This document shows, piece after piece, positions 51,733-60,576 of a DNA stretch of 64,000 nt. The position numbers were made by a program, and so were the translations under genes. The notes beneath the pieces are model-generated. The model had not been told where the DNA came from, did not search any database, and saw only the letters and a list, made by a program, of their open reading frames with translations. The stretch is taken from NCBI GenBank assembly GCA_040384805.1, contig JAZKIP010000001.1:51981-115980 (forward strand). Direction: 5' to 3'. Position 1 is the stretch's first letter. Each line of letters starts with the position of its first letter. This stretch comes from Patescibacteria group bacterium. GTDB lineage: Bacteria; Patescibacteriota; Minisyncoccia; Phycocordibacterales; UBA9973.

Positions 51733-51795
51733 GTATTTCGCGACCACTAAAATATTGTTTAATATATAGAATTATATTATACTAGTCAAATACCT

Positions 51796-51864
51796 GTCCC
51801 GTTAGAAAATCAACTAATGCTACAGGTCAAATATAGCCTTTATTATTAAATTTTTTAACGGGAT
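51796..51864 (+). mobile_element. Inverted-repeat (MITE-like) element ending in regulator start codon
   Basis: GTCCCGTTAGAAAAT ... ATTTTTTAACGGGAT(G). Confidence 0.6.
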
Positions 51865-52405
51865 GAAGAAAAAACCCTCAATTCAAAAGGCAATTCTTAA
51901 AATTTTGGCCAATAAAAAAGCTATTTCCCTCGATACAATAAAAGACGCTGCAGAGAGCTCTCTTATGCCTGAAATTAAGAGTACTAAGGCAGAGTATGCA
52001 CTGACCCGTTCGATGAAGAACCTCGTTTCTGACGGCCTTGTAGAGGCTTTCAGTTCAGAGCACAAACAATACTTCCGCCTGACCCCCGAAGGCAAGCATA
52101 AGCTCAATAGTCTCACGCTCGATACGGATTCTAGCTTGGTTTCCACGCAATGGGACGGATATTGGCGTATCGTACTTCTTGATCTTCCTGAGAACCGCAA
52201 GAGCGAGCGCGAAGCCTTGCGCTACCTTCTGAAGAAAGCGGGATTCATCTGCGTGAAAAATTCAGTCTGGATATCCATGCACCCGTTCGAACATCTCTTT
52301 ACGAACATAAAGAAGGATCTAGGATTAACAACCGAACTTATCATTTTGGTTACCGACAAGCTTGACGATACAACCGAAGAATCATTTCTGGATTTGATGA
52401 AATAG
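51863..52405 (+). CDS. PaaX-like winged-helix regulator with Cas2-like domain
   Basis: wHTH ending FRLTPEG; WDGYWRIVLLDLPE..R..LR..LKKAGF...KNSVWISMHP. Confidence 0.85.
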   Translation: MKKKPSIQKAILKILANKKAISLDTIKDAAESSLMPEIKSTKAEYALTRSMKNLVSDGLVEAFSSEHKQYFRLTPEGKHKLNSLTLDTDSSLVSTQWDGYWRIVLLDLPENRKSEREALRYLLKKAGFICVKNSVWISMHPFEHLFTNIKKDLGLTTELIILVTDKLDDTTEESFLDLMK

Positions 52406-52435
52406 AAAAGAGCCCCGATCGGGGCTCTTTTCTAT
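52402..52435. terminator. Bidirectional terminator
   Basis: Perfect 34-bp palindrome between convergent genes. Confidence 0.85.
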
Positions 52436-52445
52436 GAAATGAATT

Positions 52446-53027
52446 TTATTTTTTGTATTCGTATATGTTTACCCGTGCCGGCCGTACGATTCTTTCCCCT
52501 ATTTTATATCCTGCTTGGAGAACCCTCTCAACTGTATGATCTTTTGATTGATCATCTGTCGGGACCGTGTCGATCGATTGATGCAGATTCGGGTCAAAGG
52601 GCGCATGAGCCTGATCGATCTTCTCTATACCGGATTCAGTGAGAGCCGTTACGAACTGTTGGAATATATATTCGATGCCTGTTCGCCAATTCTGATCGAC
52701 TTTCTCCCATGCATCCTTGTTTGCGAATGCCATATCAAAACTGTCGAGCACCGGAAGAAAATTTTTGGCCATCTTTTCTTTTGCTATAAGTGAGCTATTG
52801 GCGCGGAGCTCCGTCATTTCCTTTTGAAGATTCACATAATCAGCTTTGGCTCTTTGCCATCCTGTTAAGTATTCTTCCTTTTCCTTGCGGACTGTCTTGA
52901 GGTCTTCCCTGAGTTTTTTCGTCATATCCTTGCCGGATAATTCTTCTCCATCCTCGGTGCTTTCGACAAAAGTCACGTCGTCAAAGGATTCATCGTTATT
53001 CTTATTATCTTTTTCTGTATCTTCCAT
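52446..53027 (-). CDS. grpE: Nucleotide exchange factor GrpE
   Basis: QRAKADYVN, FDPNLHQ, QAGYKIGERIVRPARV. Confidence 0.96.
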   Translation of the reverse strand: MEDTEKDNKNNDESFDDVTFVESTEDGEELSGKDMTKKLREDLKTVRKEKEEYLTGWQRAKADYVNLQKEMTELRANSSLIAKEKMAKNFLPVLDSFDMAFANKDAWEKVDQNWRTGIEYIFQQFVTALTESGIEKIDQAHAPFDPNLHQSIDTVPTDDQSKDHTVERVLQAGYKIGERIVRPARVNIYEYKK

Positions 53028-53071
53028 GAGAAATAGTATACCGAAAAAGAATCTTTTTGCAAAACAGCCGA

Positions 53072-54277
53072 TTACTTATCGAGAGATAGGCGGTAAATAA
53101 CTCCCTGTTCATCATCTGAAATATATGCAATTTCGTCATCAGTGAATTTTATATCAACAGGCCTTCCGTATTTCTTTCCGTCCTTCCCAAGCCACCCGGT
53201 GATGAAATCTTCGGTATCGACATATCGTCCTTGATCATCGAATTTTACTCTGACAATCTTATATCCTGTCGGAACTGACCTATTCCAAGATCCGTGATAT
53301 GCAACGAGAAGATCATTCGCATATTCCTTACCCCAGCTCTCTGGAATAAACGTAAGCCCAAGAGGCGCTGAATGCGCCTGAAGATCAACATATGATTCCT
53401 TTTCCAAGGGTTCCATGCAGGGATTTCTTATATAGGTATTTTTATCGAAATCAGTGTCATGAATATTCTTTCCGTAGCAGATAGGCCAGCCGTAGCTGCC
53501 TCCTTTTTCGATGATGTTTATCTCATCAGGCGGGATATTGTCTCCCAGACCGTCACGACCCATTTCGGTGGCATACACTTTATCGTTATGGAGCGTCATG
53601 AAAACAGCATTGCGAAGGCCTTTTACATAGGGATCTGTTTTTCCTGTTTTCGTATCGTATTGAATGATCGATCCATGACTGTCATCCTCATGGCAGACAT
53701 TACAGGATGATCCGATGGATATAAGAAGAATATTCTCATTCGGAGAAGGAAGGAATAATAGATCGCGGGTAAAGTGTCGATCTGTTGATCCGGATGGCAG
53801 ATCCAGGAGTTTTTTGTAGCTTGAAACAGTACCTTTCTCCTGATCGTAATCATAGCGAACAAGCGCATTAGAGAGAGCCACATATAAATAGCATGTTTCT
53901 CGGCAATCAAATGCCATCCCATGCGGCTTGTTGATCTTATCAACAAGCGTAGTATGATTATCCGCGCTACCGTTCTTGTCAGAATCTGCGAGAACCGATA
54001 TTTTCCCTTCCCCGGGCTGGCTGACAAGCATTCTACCTTTGGGATCAAATTGAATAACTCGGGCGTCAGGAAGATTCTCGGCATAGATATTCATAACAAG
54101 GCCTGTCGGAAGAGATAGGTATGCTATTGATCGATTATCGCCATTGCTGCCTTCTTTTTTTACTGTATCCGGAATAGTGATTGTTCCGACTTCTTTTTTA
54201 AAAAGGTAAAATCCGAATAGAGTTATAGCTACAATGATAATCACGACAATAATCCATTTTTTAGAAATAGCAGTCAT
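53072..54277 (-). CDS. Sorbosone/PQQ-dependent sugar dehydrogenase-like beta-propeller
   Basis: GSSCNVC, GLRNAV, GRDGLGDNIPPDEIN, HSAPLG, HGSWNR, GRPVD. Confidence 0.9.
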   Translation of the reverse strand: MTAISKKWIIVVIIIVAITLFGFYLFKKEVGTITIPDTVKKEGSNGDNRSIAYLSLPTGLVMNIYAENLPDARVIQFDPKGRMLVSQPGEGKISVLADSDKNGSADNHTTLVDKINKPHGMAFDCRETCYLYVALSNALVRYDYDQEKGTVSSYKKLLDLPSGSTDRHFTRDLLFLPSPNENILLISIGSSCNVCHEDDSHGSIIQYDTKTGKTDPYVKGLRNAVFMTLHNDKVYATEMGRDGLGDNIPPDEINIIEKGGSYGWPICYGKNIHDTDFDKNTYIRNPCMEPLEKESYVDLQAHSAPLGLTFIPESWGKEYANDLLVAYHGSWNRSVPTGYKIVRVKFDDQGRYVDTEDFITGWLGKDGKKYGRPVDIKFTDDEIAYISDDEQGVIYRLSLDK

Positions 54278-54278
54278 A

Positions 54279-54473
54279 TTATTTTTTGGATTTCTTAGTT
54301 TTGCGCGCAGGAACTTTCCCTCCGGTTTTCCGGGCTTCGGAAAGCCCTATGGCGATAGCCTGCGTGCGGCTTTTGACTTTCTTGCCGCTTTTACCGGATT
54401 TTAATTTCCCTTCTTTATATTCGTGCATGACTTTGTGAACTTTCCTTTGAGTTTTTGTTTCTTTTTTAGGCAT
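54279..54473 (-). CDS. Small basic protein (DUF6496-like)
   Basis: KVMHEYKEGKLKSGKSG..VKSRTQAIAIGLSEAR. Confidence 0.85.
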   Translation of the reverse strand: MPKKETKTQRKVHKVMHEYKEGKLKSGKSGKKVKSRTQAIAIGLSEARKTGGKVPARKTKKSKK

Positions 54474-54580
54474 ATTATAAAATTGATTATTTTTTATAAA
54501 ACGACTCCTTTTAAATTATGAACTTTCCAGAAAATATATGCAATATACTTATCCACCAAAAGTAATGACCACGCCTGTTC

Positions 54581-55048
54581 TTAAAACAAGCATGGTCGTT
54601 GATAATAGCCTTTCATCGCTTCCTGTGGCACGGTGCGCGTATGCATAGTTAATGCAACGCAGGAATAGCAAAATTTGATATCTTTTGCCGGTTCAGTTCT
54701 GTATAACTCGTATCTCTCCTGTTCTCCACAGCATCCTTTTGTTTGGCATTTGTATTTTACCAATGGAAGCGGCTTGCGAACTTCTTTTTCATCAAGGGAC
54801 TTATGTTTTATTTCCGGCTGCGGAATATATTTTAAGTCCGTGAAATGGGCTGGACGTTGATAATTTTTTACATTATCATCATCTGGCAAAATACGGTTAT
54901 GCAGAGTGATTTTCCTGCACGAAGAACAATTTTTTATATCTTCGACCCATGGAGCATACAACTCATATAGTTTATGGTTGCAGGAACCGCAGGTTTTGCA
55001 TGTATATAGAACAAGCGCGAGCGGCTGTTTGGTAGGTTCTATGTCCAT
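54581..55048 (-). CDS. Tandem zinc-ribbon protein
   Basis: Two ~65-aa repeats each with Cys pairs, YELY, DIK.C.SC...T.H, YQRP. Confidence 0.75.
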   Translation of the reverse strand: MDIEPTKQPLALVLYTCKTCGSCNHKLYELYAPWVEDIKNCSSCRKITLHNRILPDDDNVKNYQRPAHFTDLKYIPQPEIKHKSLDEKEVRKPLPLVKYKCQTKGCCGEQERYELYRTEPAKDIKFCYSCVALTMHTRTVPQEAMKGYYQRPCLF

Positions 55049-55113
55049 TTGAGAAAATTTTTTCAATCATATCATATATATTATATGTCTGCTTTTACGT
55101 TTTCCACAGGTAC

Positions 55114-55143
55114 TAAAAAAGACCCGGGCACAGGGTCTTTTTA
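55114..55143 (-). terminator. Terminator after rpsI
   Basis: aaaaagaccc-N7-gggtcttttt. Confidence 0.75.
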
Positions 55144-55154
55144 TGTAGAAATCA

Positions 55155-55565
55155 TTATCGCTTGCTCCACTGTGGGGCTTTGCGGGCTTTCTTGAGTCCG
55201 AACTTCTTTCGTTCTTTTTGACGAGGATCGCGCTTAAGCATTTTCGCCTTCTTAAGAGGTGATCGTAATTCTATATCAAATGAAACAAGAGCGCGGGAAA
55301 TGCCGTGACGGACAGCTTCAGCCTGAGAGTGTATGCCTCCGCCCTTGGCTGTGGCGACAACTTCGAATTTCTCGCTTGGATTTGACTCTTCGAATGCACC
55401 GGTAACTATTTTCTTAAGGTCAGCAGTCGGGAAATAAACAGTAAAATCTTTTCCGTTTATGGAATACGATGTTTTGGCTGCTTTAGTAAGGCGCACGACA
55501 GCTGTCGCGGTCTTGCGTCGTCCGATAGCGCGTATATATTCTTTTGTAGATGCTTTCTTTTCCAT
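55155..55565 (-). CDS. rpsI: 30S ribosomal protein S9
   Basis: GRRKTA, GGG, ERKKFGLKKARKAPQWSKR. Confidence 0.98.
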   Translation of the reverse strand: MEKKASTKEYIRAIGRRKTATAVVRLTKAAKTSYSINGKDFTVYFPTADLKKIVTGAFEESNPSEKFEVVATAKGGGIHSQAEAVRHGISRALVSFDIELRSPLKKAKMLKRDPRQKERKKFGLKKARKAPQWSKR

Positions 55566-55568
55566 ATA

Positions 55569-55919
55569 TTATTCGGTGATTGTTAAGTGTTTCATCATAA
55601 GAGGTCGAAGTTTATTCGAAGGAAGCATGCCATACACCCCAAGCTCATAAAGAGCTTTCCATCCCTTCTTAGCGATTATTTCTGCATTCGTAGCTGTCTT
55701 GAATCCTCCGGGAAATCCTGAGTAATTTTCATGGATCGTAGTATTCAATCGCGCTTCAGACATGCGGGTCTTCGAAGCGTTAACGATATTTACCTTTACG
55801 TCAGCAACGGTATTAGCCGTGTAATCCGCTGATGTCTTGCCCATCAAAGCTTTAGCAGCAGCCGATGCTACGCGACCGAACGTTTTTCCTTCTGCGTCGA
55901 TTGTGTGTGTTGTTGTCAT
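55569..55919 (-). CDS. rplM: 50S ribosomal protein L13
   Basis: IDAEGKTFGRVAS, SGFPGG, VYGMLP. Confidence 0.96.
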   Translation of the reverse strand: MTTTHTIDAEGKTFGRVASAAAKALMGKTSADYTANTVADVKVNIVNASKTRMSEARLNTTIHENYSGFPGGFKTATNAEIIAKKGWKALYELGVYGMLPSNKLRPLMMKHLTITE

Positions 55920-55920
55920 A

Positions 55921-56274
55921 TTATATAAATTCGATTATTGCCATTTTGCTTGCATCTCCCGCTCGGCGAGGAAGCTTGGTAATGCGCGTGTATCCGCCCG
56001 CCTGACCTTTGTATTTCGGAGCGATCGTATCGATAAGCTTGTTGGCTGAGGATGTCAGGCCGTAAAGCCGGGAAATAACGAGGCGTCGGGATGCTAGCGT
56101 GCCGACATTGGCCTTCGTGACGAGCTTCTCGATTGTCGGGCGAAGTTCCTTTGCTTTTGCTTCCGTCGTCTCGATACGTCCATGAGCAATCAAAGAAAGC
56201 ATCAAGCCCTTCAATAAAGCGGTGCGCTGATTCTTGTTTCTTCCAAATTTTCTAACGTTGCTGTGATGTCTCAT
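55921..56274 (-). CDS. rplQ: 50S ribosomal protein L17
   Basis: MRH, TTEAKAKE, GGYTRI. Confidence 0.98.
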   Translation of the reverse strand: MRHHSNVRKFGRNKNQRTALLKGLMLSLIAHGRIETTEAKAKELRPTIEKLVTKANVGTLASRRLVISRLYGLTSSANKLIDTIAPKYKGQAGGYTRITKLPRRAGDASKMAIIEFI

Positions 56275-56288
56275 ATATGCTGATTATT

Positions 56289-57269
56289 TTATTTAAGGGT
56301 AATGCCATATCCGCCAAGGACTTTCTTTATCTCTTGGATCCCCTTATCTCCAATGCCTTCGATTTCCAAAAGATCTTCCTTTTTCTTGCGGGCAATGCCT
56401 CCGATGGTCCGGATATTTGCTCCCGTTAAGGCATTTAAGGTGCGGGTCGAAAGATCAAGAGTATCAATGCGGGTTTTAAGAATGTCTGTAAATTCATTTG
56501 GAGCGGCTACGTCTTTTGAATCACCCTTGCTATCTTCTTCGTTTTCATGGGAAGATTCTTGAAATGACCGCCCGGATAATATTGTAAAGCCGACAATAGC
56601 CTGTAGCTGTTCTACCATAAGAGTGATGGACTTTTCAAGGGCTTCCCGAGGTGTAAGAGTTCCGTCAGTTTCAATCGTCATTCTGAGGCGGTTATGGTTA
56701 GTTTTATCTCCTACGCGCATGTTCTCGACTTCATAGGAGACGCGGCGGATAGGAGTAAATATTGCATCTAAGGCGATTGTACCGACTTCCATCTTCGCTT
56801 TCTGGTGAACATCTTTTGAGACAAAGCCAAGACCTTTTTCAACAGTCATTTCAATAGAAAGAGTATTTTTCCCCGTTACTTCGGCGATATGAAGGTCCTT
56901 ATTGAGAATTTCTACTTGTCCTGAAACTTCGATGTCCGATGCGGTGACTTCCTTCGGTCCCTTAACGACGAGTTTTACTGTCTGGGGCTCATCGGTCAAA
57001 AGGCGGAAACGAACCTGCTTAAGATTAAGTAAGATTGTGATAACGTCTTCCTTGACGCCGTCGAGAACTGAGAACTCATGCGACGCTCCGTCGATCTTCA
57101 AGGATGTGATCGCCGCGCCTGTCAGAGATGAAAGAATGATGCGGCGGAGCGAATTACCCAAGGTATGTCCGTATCCCGGGTACAATCCGTCGATTTCATA
57201 GACACCCTTGGTGCCTGCTTCTGAAACGATGGATAATTTCGATGGTAACATTATATTTAAATCAGACAT
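56289..57269 (-). CDS. rpoA: RNA polymerase alpha subunit
   Basis: GYGHTLGNSLRRI, HEFS, DAIFTPI, LSTRTLNAL; start ATG 57269. Confidence 0.98.
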   Translation of the reverse strand: MSDLNIMLPSKLSIVSEAGTKGVYEIDGLYPGYGHTLGNSLRRIILSSLTGAAITSLKIDGASHEFSVLDGVKEDVITILLNLKQVRFRLLTDEPQTVKLVVKGPKEVTASDIEVSGQVEILNKDLHIAEVTGKNTLSIEMTVEKGLGFVSKDVHQKAKMEVGTIALDAIFTPIRRVSYEVENMRVGDKTNHNRLRMTIETDGTLTPREALEKSITLMVEQLQAIVGFTILSGRSFQESSHENEEDSKGDSKDVAAPNEFTDILKTRIDTLDLSTRTLNALTGANIRTIGGIARKKKEDLLEIEGIGDKGIQEIKKVLGGYGITLK

Positions 57270-57336
57270 ATGATATTGATATGCGCGAGAGTAGTCTCGC
57301 AATATTATCTATTAAAAGCGAACCTATCGCGTCTGC

Positions 57337-57945
57337 TTAACGACTATAAAATTCAAGAACCGTATTAAGATCGAGGAATCCTTCGATGTTTTTCGGCTTG
57401 CCTTGTATATTTCCGGAAAGGGCGCCGGCATCGAATTTCAACCAGTTCGGAAGCGTATATTCTTTCATCTTCTTCTCCATATCGCCGAATAAAGGGCTCT
57501 TGCGGCTTCCTTCACGCACTGCAATAGTATCAGCGGATTTTACGCGATACGATGCGATCGTCGTTTTCTTTCCATTGACGGTAATATGGCCATGAGACAC
57601 GAGTTGTCGAGAAAGGCGACGCGTATGGGCAAGACCCATGCGGTAGACGACATTGTCCAAGCGGCTTTCCAAAAGTTCAAAAAGATATTCGGTTGCGAGC
57701 GTCCCTTTATGCGCCACGGCTTCCTTGACGTAATTGGAAAATTGCTTCTCGCTTATATTGTACATAAAGCGAACCTTCTGCTTTTCTACGAACTGAAGCG
57801 CGTATCCAGAAAGAGCCTTCGGACGCTTATTCTTCGCGTTCTTGGCGTGCCGGGCCTCAGACATGACGAATTTAGGCGTTTGACATTTCTCAAACACGCC
57901 TGATCCTAAACGTCTGCACATTTTATATTTTTGAACTGTTTTCAT
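57337..57945 (-). CDS. rpsD: 30S ribosomal protein S4
   Basis: EKQKVR, LESRLDNVVYRMG, RQLVSHGH, EFYSR. Confidence 0.98.
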   Translation of the reverse strand: MKTVQKYKMCRRLGSGVFEKCQTPKFVMSEARHAKNAKNKRPKALSGYALQFVEKQKVRFMYNISEKQFSNYVKEAVAHKGTLATEYLFELLESRLDNVVYRMGLAHTRRLSRQLVSHGHITVNGKKTTIASYRVKSADTIAVREGSRKSPLFGDMEKKMKEYTLPNWLKFDAGALSGNIQGKPKNIEGFLDLNTVLEFYSR

Positions 57946-57975
57946 TTAAATAAATTTTTTAATTATCGATATGAT

Positions 57976-58416
57976 TTAAACTCGTCGAGGCTTCTTCGGT
58001 TTCGGTCCGTTATGCGGTACCGGAGTGACATCGCGAACGGATGATATATCGATATCAAATGCCATGAATGCGCGTATTGTAGGCTCTCGACCGCTTCCGA
58101 CGCCCTTTACCTGAACATCAACCTCCTTGATGCCGAGCGCTTTTGCTTTTTCTCCGATAACAGATCCCGCTTTAGAAGCTGCGAACGGGGTTCCTTTTTT
58201 TGCTCCCTTGAATCCAAGCGACCCTGCCGATGTCCAAAAGAGCGTGTTTCCTTCCTTATCCGAAAGCACGACTTTCGTGTTATTGAATGTTGCTTCAACA
58301 TGAAGCGTTCCTGAAACGACTTTCTTCTTCGGAACTTTCACCGCAGATGAAACCGGACTTGAATCTTTTTCCGAGACAACCTCTTCTTTTTTATTTGTGA
58401 TTTTTATTTTTCCCAT
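57976..58416 (-). CDS. rpsK: 30S ribosomal protein S11
   Basis: ATFNNT, GFKGAKKGTPFAA, DVTPVPHNG. Confidence 0.98.
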   Translation of the reverse strand: MGKIKITNKKEEVVSEKDSSPVSSAVKVPKKKVVSGTLHVEATFNNTKVVLSDKEGNTLFWTSAGSLGFKGAKKGTPFAASKAGSVIGEKAKALGIKEVDVQVKGVGSGREPTIRAFMAFDIDISSVRDVTPVPHNGPKPKKPRRV

Positions 58417-58418
58417 AA

Positions 58419-58799
58419 TTATGTCTTAGATTCCTTTCGACGGCCTGATGCCATAGTCTTTCGTACGTTTCCTCTGATTGTTCGAGAATTCGTCTTTGTT
58501 CTCTGTCCCCGGGCAGGCAATCGGCGCATGTGCCTGACGCCACGATATGCTTTGATATCTTTGAGCCGTTTGATATTGGATGCGACTTCTCTCTTAAGAG
58601 TTCCTTCGATAGACATTGTTTCAATAACTTTGCGGATGGCATTCTCCTGATCAACAGTAAGAGCGTCCCCTTTCATCGTAGGATCAATCTTGACTTCCTT
58701 GAGGATCATGCGAGCTCGCGAGAGACCTATACCGTATAAAGATGTAAGGCCGATATCGAGATGCTTGTTGTTTGGAATTGTTATACCGAGGATTCGCAT
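58419..58799 (-). CDS. rpsM: 30S ribosomal protein S13
   Basis: YGIG, YRGVRH, LPARGQRTKTN. Confidence 0.98.
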   Translation of the reverse strand: MRILGITIPNNKHLDIGLTSLYGIGLSRARMILKEVKIDPTMKGDALTVDQENAIRKVIETMSIEGTLKREVASNIKRLKDIKAYRGVRHMRRLPARGQRTKTNSRTIRGNVRKTMASGRRKESKT

Positions 58800-58805
58800 A
58801 AATAA

Positions 58806-58916
58806 TTATTGTTTTTGCTTGTGCTTAGGGTTTGAACAAATGACGCGAAGATGGCCTTCACGCTTGACTAATTTGCATTTTGCACAGATTTTTTTAACTG
58901 CGGATTTGATCTTCAT
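58806..58916 (-). CDS. rpmJ: 50S ribosomal protein L36 (below ORF-track cutoff)
   Basis: [36 protein letters not shown]. Confidence 0.96.
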   Translation of the reverse strand: MKIKSAVKKICAKCKLVKREGHLRVICSNPKHKQKQ

Positions 58917-59033
58917 GATGCCTTAACGCTAAACAAAAACAGAGGGCTTGTACCCTATATTTCGATTCAAAGCGTATATGTGGTTTATCCTAACATTATT
59001 TGAATAAGTTTGCAAGCCCCGTACTCATAATGC

Positions 59034-59249
59034 TTACTGTCTTTTAATGATCCGGCCCTTGCCTCCGTAGGGATCAAGAAGGACTTCAACCTTGTCTCCC
59101 ACCAGAACCTTGATACGATGCATTCGCATTTTCCCCGCAAGGTACGACAGGATGATTTTATCATTTCCTATGTCAACTCGAAACAGTGTATTGGGAAGAG
59201 CTTCCATAACCGTGCCTATGACCGTATTATTGTCGTCTTTTTGATTCAT
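59034..59249 (-). CDS. infA: Translation initiation factor IF-1
   Basis: EALPNTLFRV, GKMRMHRIKVLVGDKV. Confidence 0.97.
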   Translation of the reverse strand: MNQKDDNNTVIGTVMEALPNTLFRVDIGNDKIILSYLAGKMRMHRIKVLVGDKVEVLLDPYGGKGRIIKRQ

Positions 59250-59294
59250 GTATATGTAGAGATAATAACAAAAAATGTCAGCAACGTCAACTTA

Positions 59295-60575
59295 CTAGAT
59301 ATCGATCTTGATTTTTTTCGCATCGAATGGCAGATGGCCTTGCCATGGAGGAAATATTTTTACTGTAGCGCTCTTTACTCCTTTATCCTGATTGAAAATG
59401 GAAGAGGCCATAACTCGAGGAATCCCAGCCAGACTCTTTTGGATTTTCTCCGTATCTGAATGCCACAGGGCGGTACTTTCTCCCGTAAGCGTAAATGACA
59501 GGCTTTCAAGATCTTTTTGAACCGTTTGTCCGGAGTCTCTGAAAGAGAATGACAGCGTATCGAGTTCAGATAGCTCTATCTGGGTTATGTCGCTTGCTTC
59601 CTTTGCGTCCGGAATAAAGCGTCTGACAAGAGCTTGTGACAAATCGCTTCGGCGCAAGATTACCGCAGACAAAGTTCCGGCAACTTCGACTTTTGCGTTG
59701 GGGGTTGGATAAAGAGCATCCGTTTTTGTCATGTTGGCAAAGGAAAAAGCATCGTTATAAAGAATATATCCTTCCGGAACCTGAGCGGCTATTTTTTTCA
59801 GAAGGTTATTCTTGAATGTGGATGAGGCGAAAGCGGTCAAAGCGCCTTTTTGCTCAGAATCAAGCATGTATGCAAGGCCTTGAGCGCCTCCTGAAACAGG
59901 GATGGCCGCTTTCGCGTATATCTTGTTATATTTTGGCGTACCTTTGAATAAGACAATCTTGAGATCCTCGGGCATCGCGTTATACACATCGCCGGGGAGG
60001 AATGCATGGATTCCCACAGTGACAGCGCCCGGTATGATCTTTTTGTCCTTATCAAGAGTGTATCCCGGTATGGTAATAGCAGCATCGGTCGTATACGATT
60101 TTCCTGTTTCATCGGATAGACGCGTAGCAGTCACTAATTTCTGGGGCGTAGGCGTATATTCATTATAGAAGATCGCCTCTCCGGAAGCTTTCAAAGAAAC
60201 TTCTTCAGCATGCGTCAGTAGCATATCTTTGTATCCCGTATCCGATATTATCATTATTTCAAAATGCACAGGACCTGCGTTTTTTGAAGCTGTAAATTCA
60301 TCCTGCGCAAGGGTCAGACGATCTGTTCGTTCAACAATAGCAACTTTTGCATGCTCAAAAAAAACAAGGCCCCAATATCCCGCAGCTATGACGAGAACGC
60401 TTGCGAGAACAAAGAAAAGAGTCTTGGGCTTTTTCGGTCGCGGCGCTCGAGGAGCGCGCTGCATCCGTCGCGAAATCTGAGGCGCTCGCTCGGGCCGGAT
60501 CTCTTCTCTTTGGTCGTGGAGGATGGTAATAATATTGGCCTTATTCGATTTTATATCTTGGATTTTTTTCGGCAT
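59295..60575 (-). CDS. Single-TM protein, baseplate-J-like extracellular region
   Basis: TM, ASGEAIFYN..PQKLVTATRL, ITIPG, SGG, VKIFPPW..LP; start ATG 60575. Confidence 0.65.
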   Translation of the reverse strand: MPKKIQDIKSNKANIITILHDQREEIRPERAPQISRRMQRAPRAPRPKKPKTLFFVLASVLVIAAGYWGLVFFEHAKVAIVERTDRLTLAQDEFTASKNAGPVHFEIMIISDTGYKDMLLTHAEEVSLKASGEAIFYNEYTPTPQKLVTATRLSDETGKSYTTDAAITIPGYTLDKDKKIIPGAVTVGIHAFLPGDVYNAMPEDLKIVLFKGTPKYNKIYAKAAIPVSGGAQGLAYMLDSEQKGALTAFASSTFKNNLLKKIAAQVPEGYILYNDAFSFANMTKTDALYPTPNAKVEVAGTLSAVILRRSDLSQALVRRFIPDAKEASDITQIELSELDTLSFSFRDSGQTVQKDLESLSFTLTGESTALWHSDTEKIQKSLAGIPRVMASSIFNQDKGVKSATVKIFPPWQGHLPFDAKKIKIDI

Positions 60576-60576
60576 G

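Noticed and set aside
51863-52405. Cas2-like domain as sign of a CRISPR system
   Set aside because: Fused to a winged helix as in PaaX-like proteins; no array or other cas genes seen in the window
56560-56580. Half palindrome element in the rpoA linker
   Set aside because: No partner arm found
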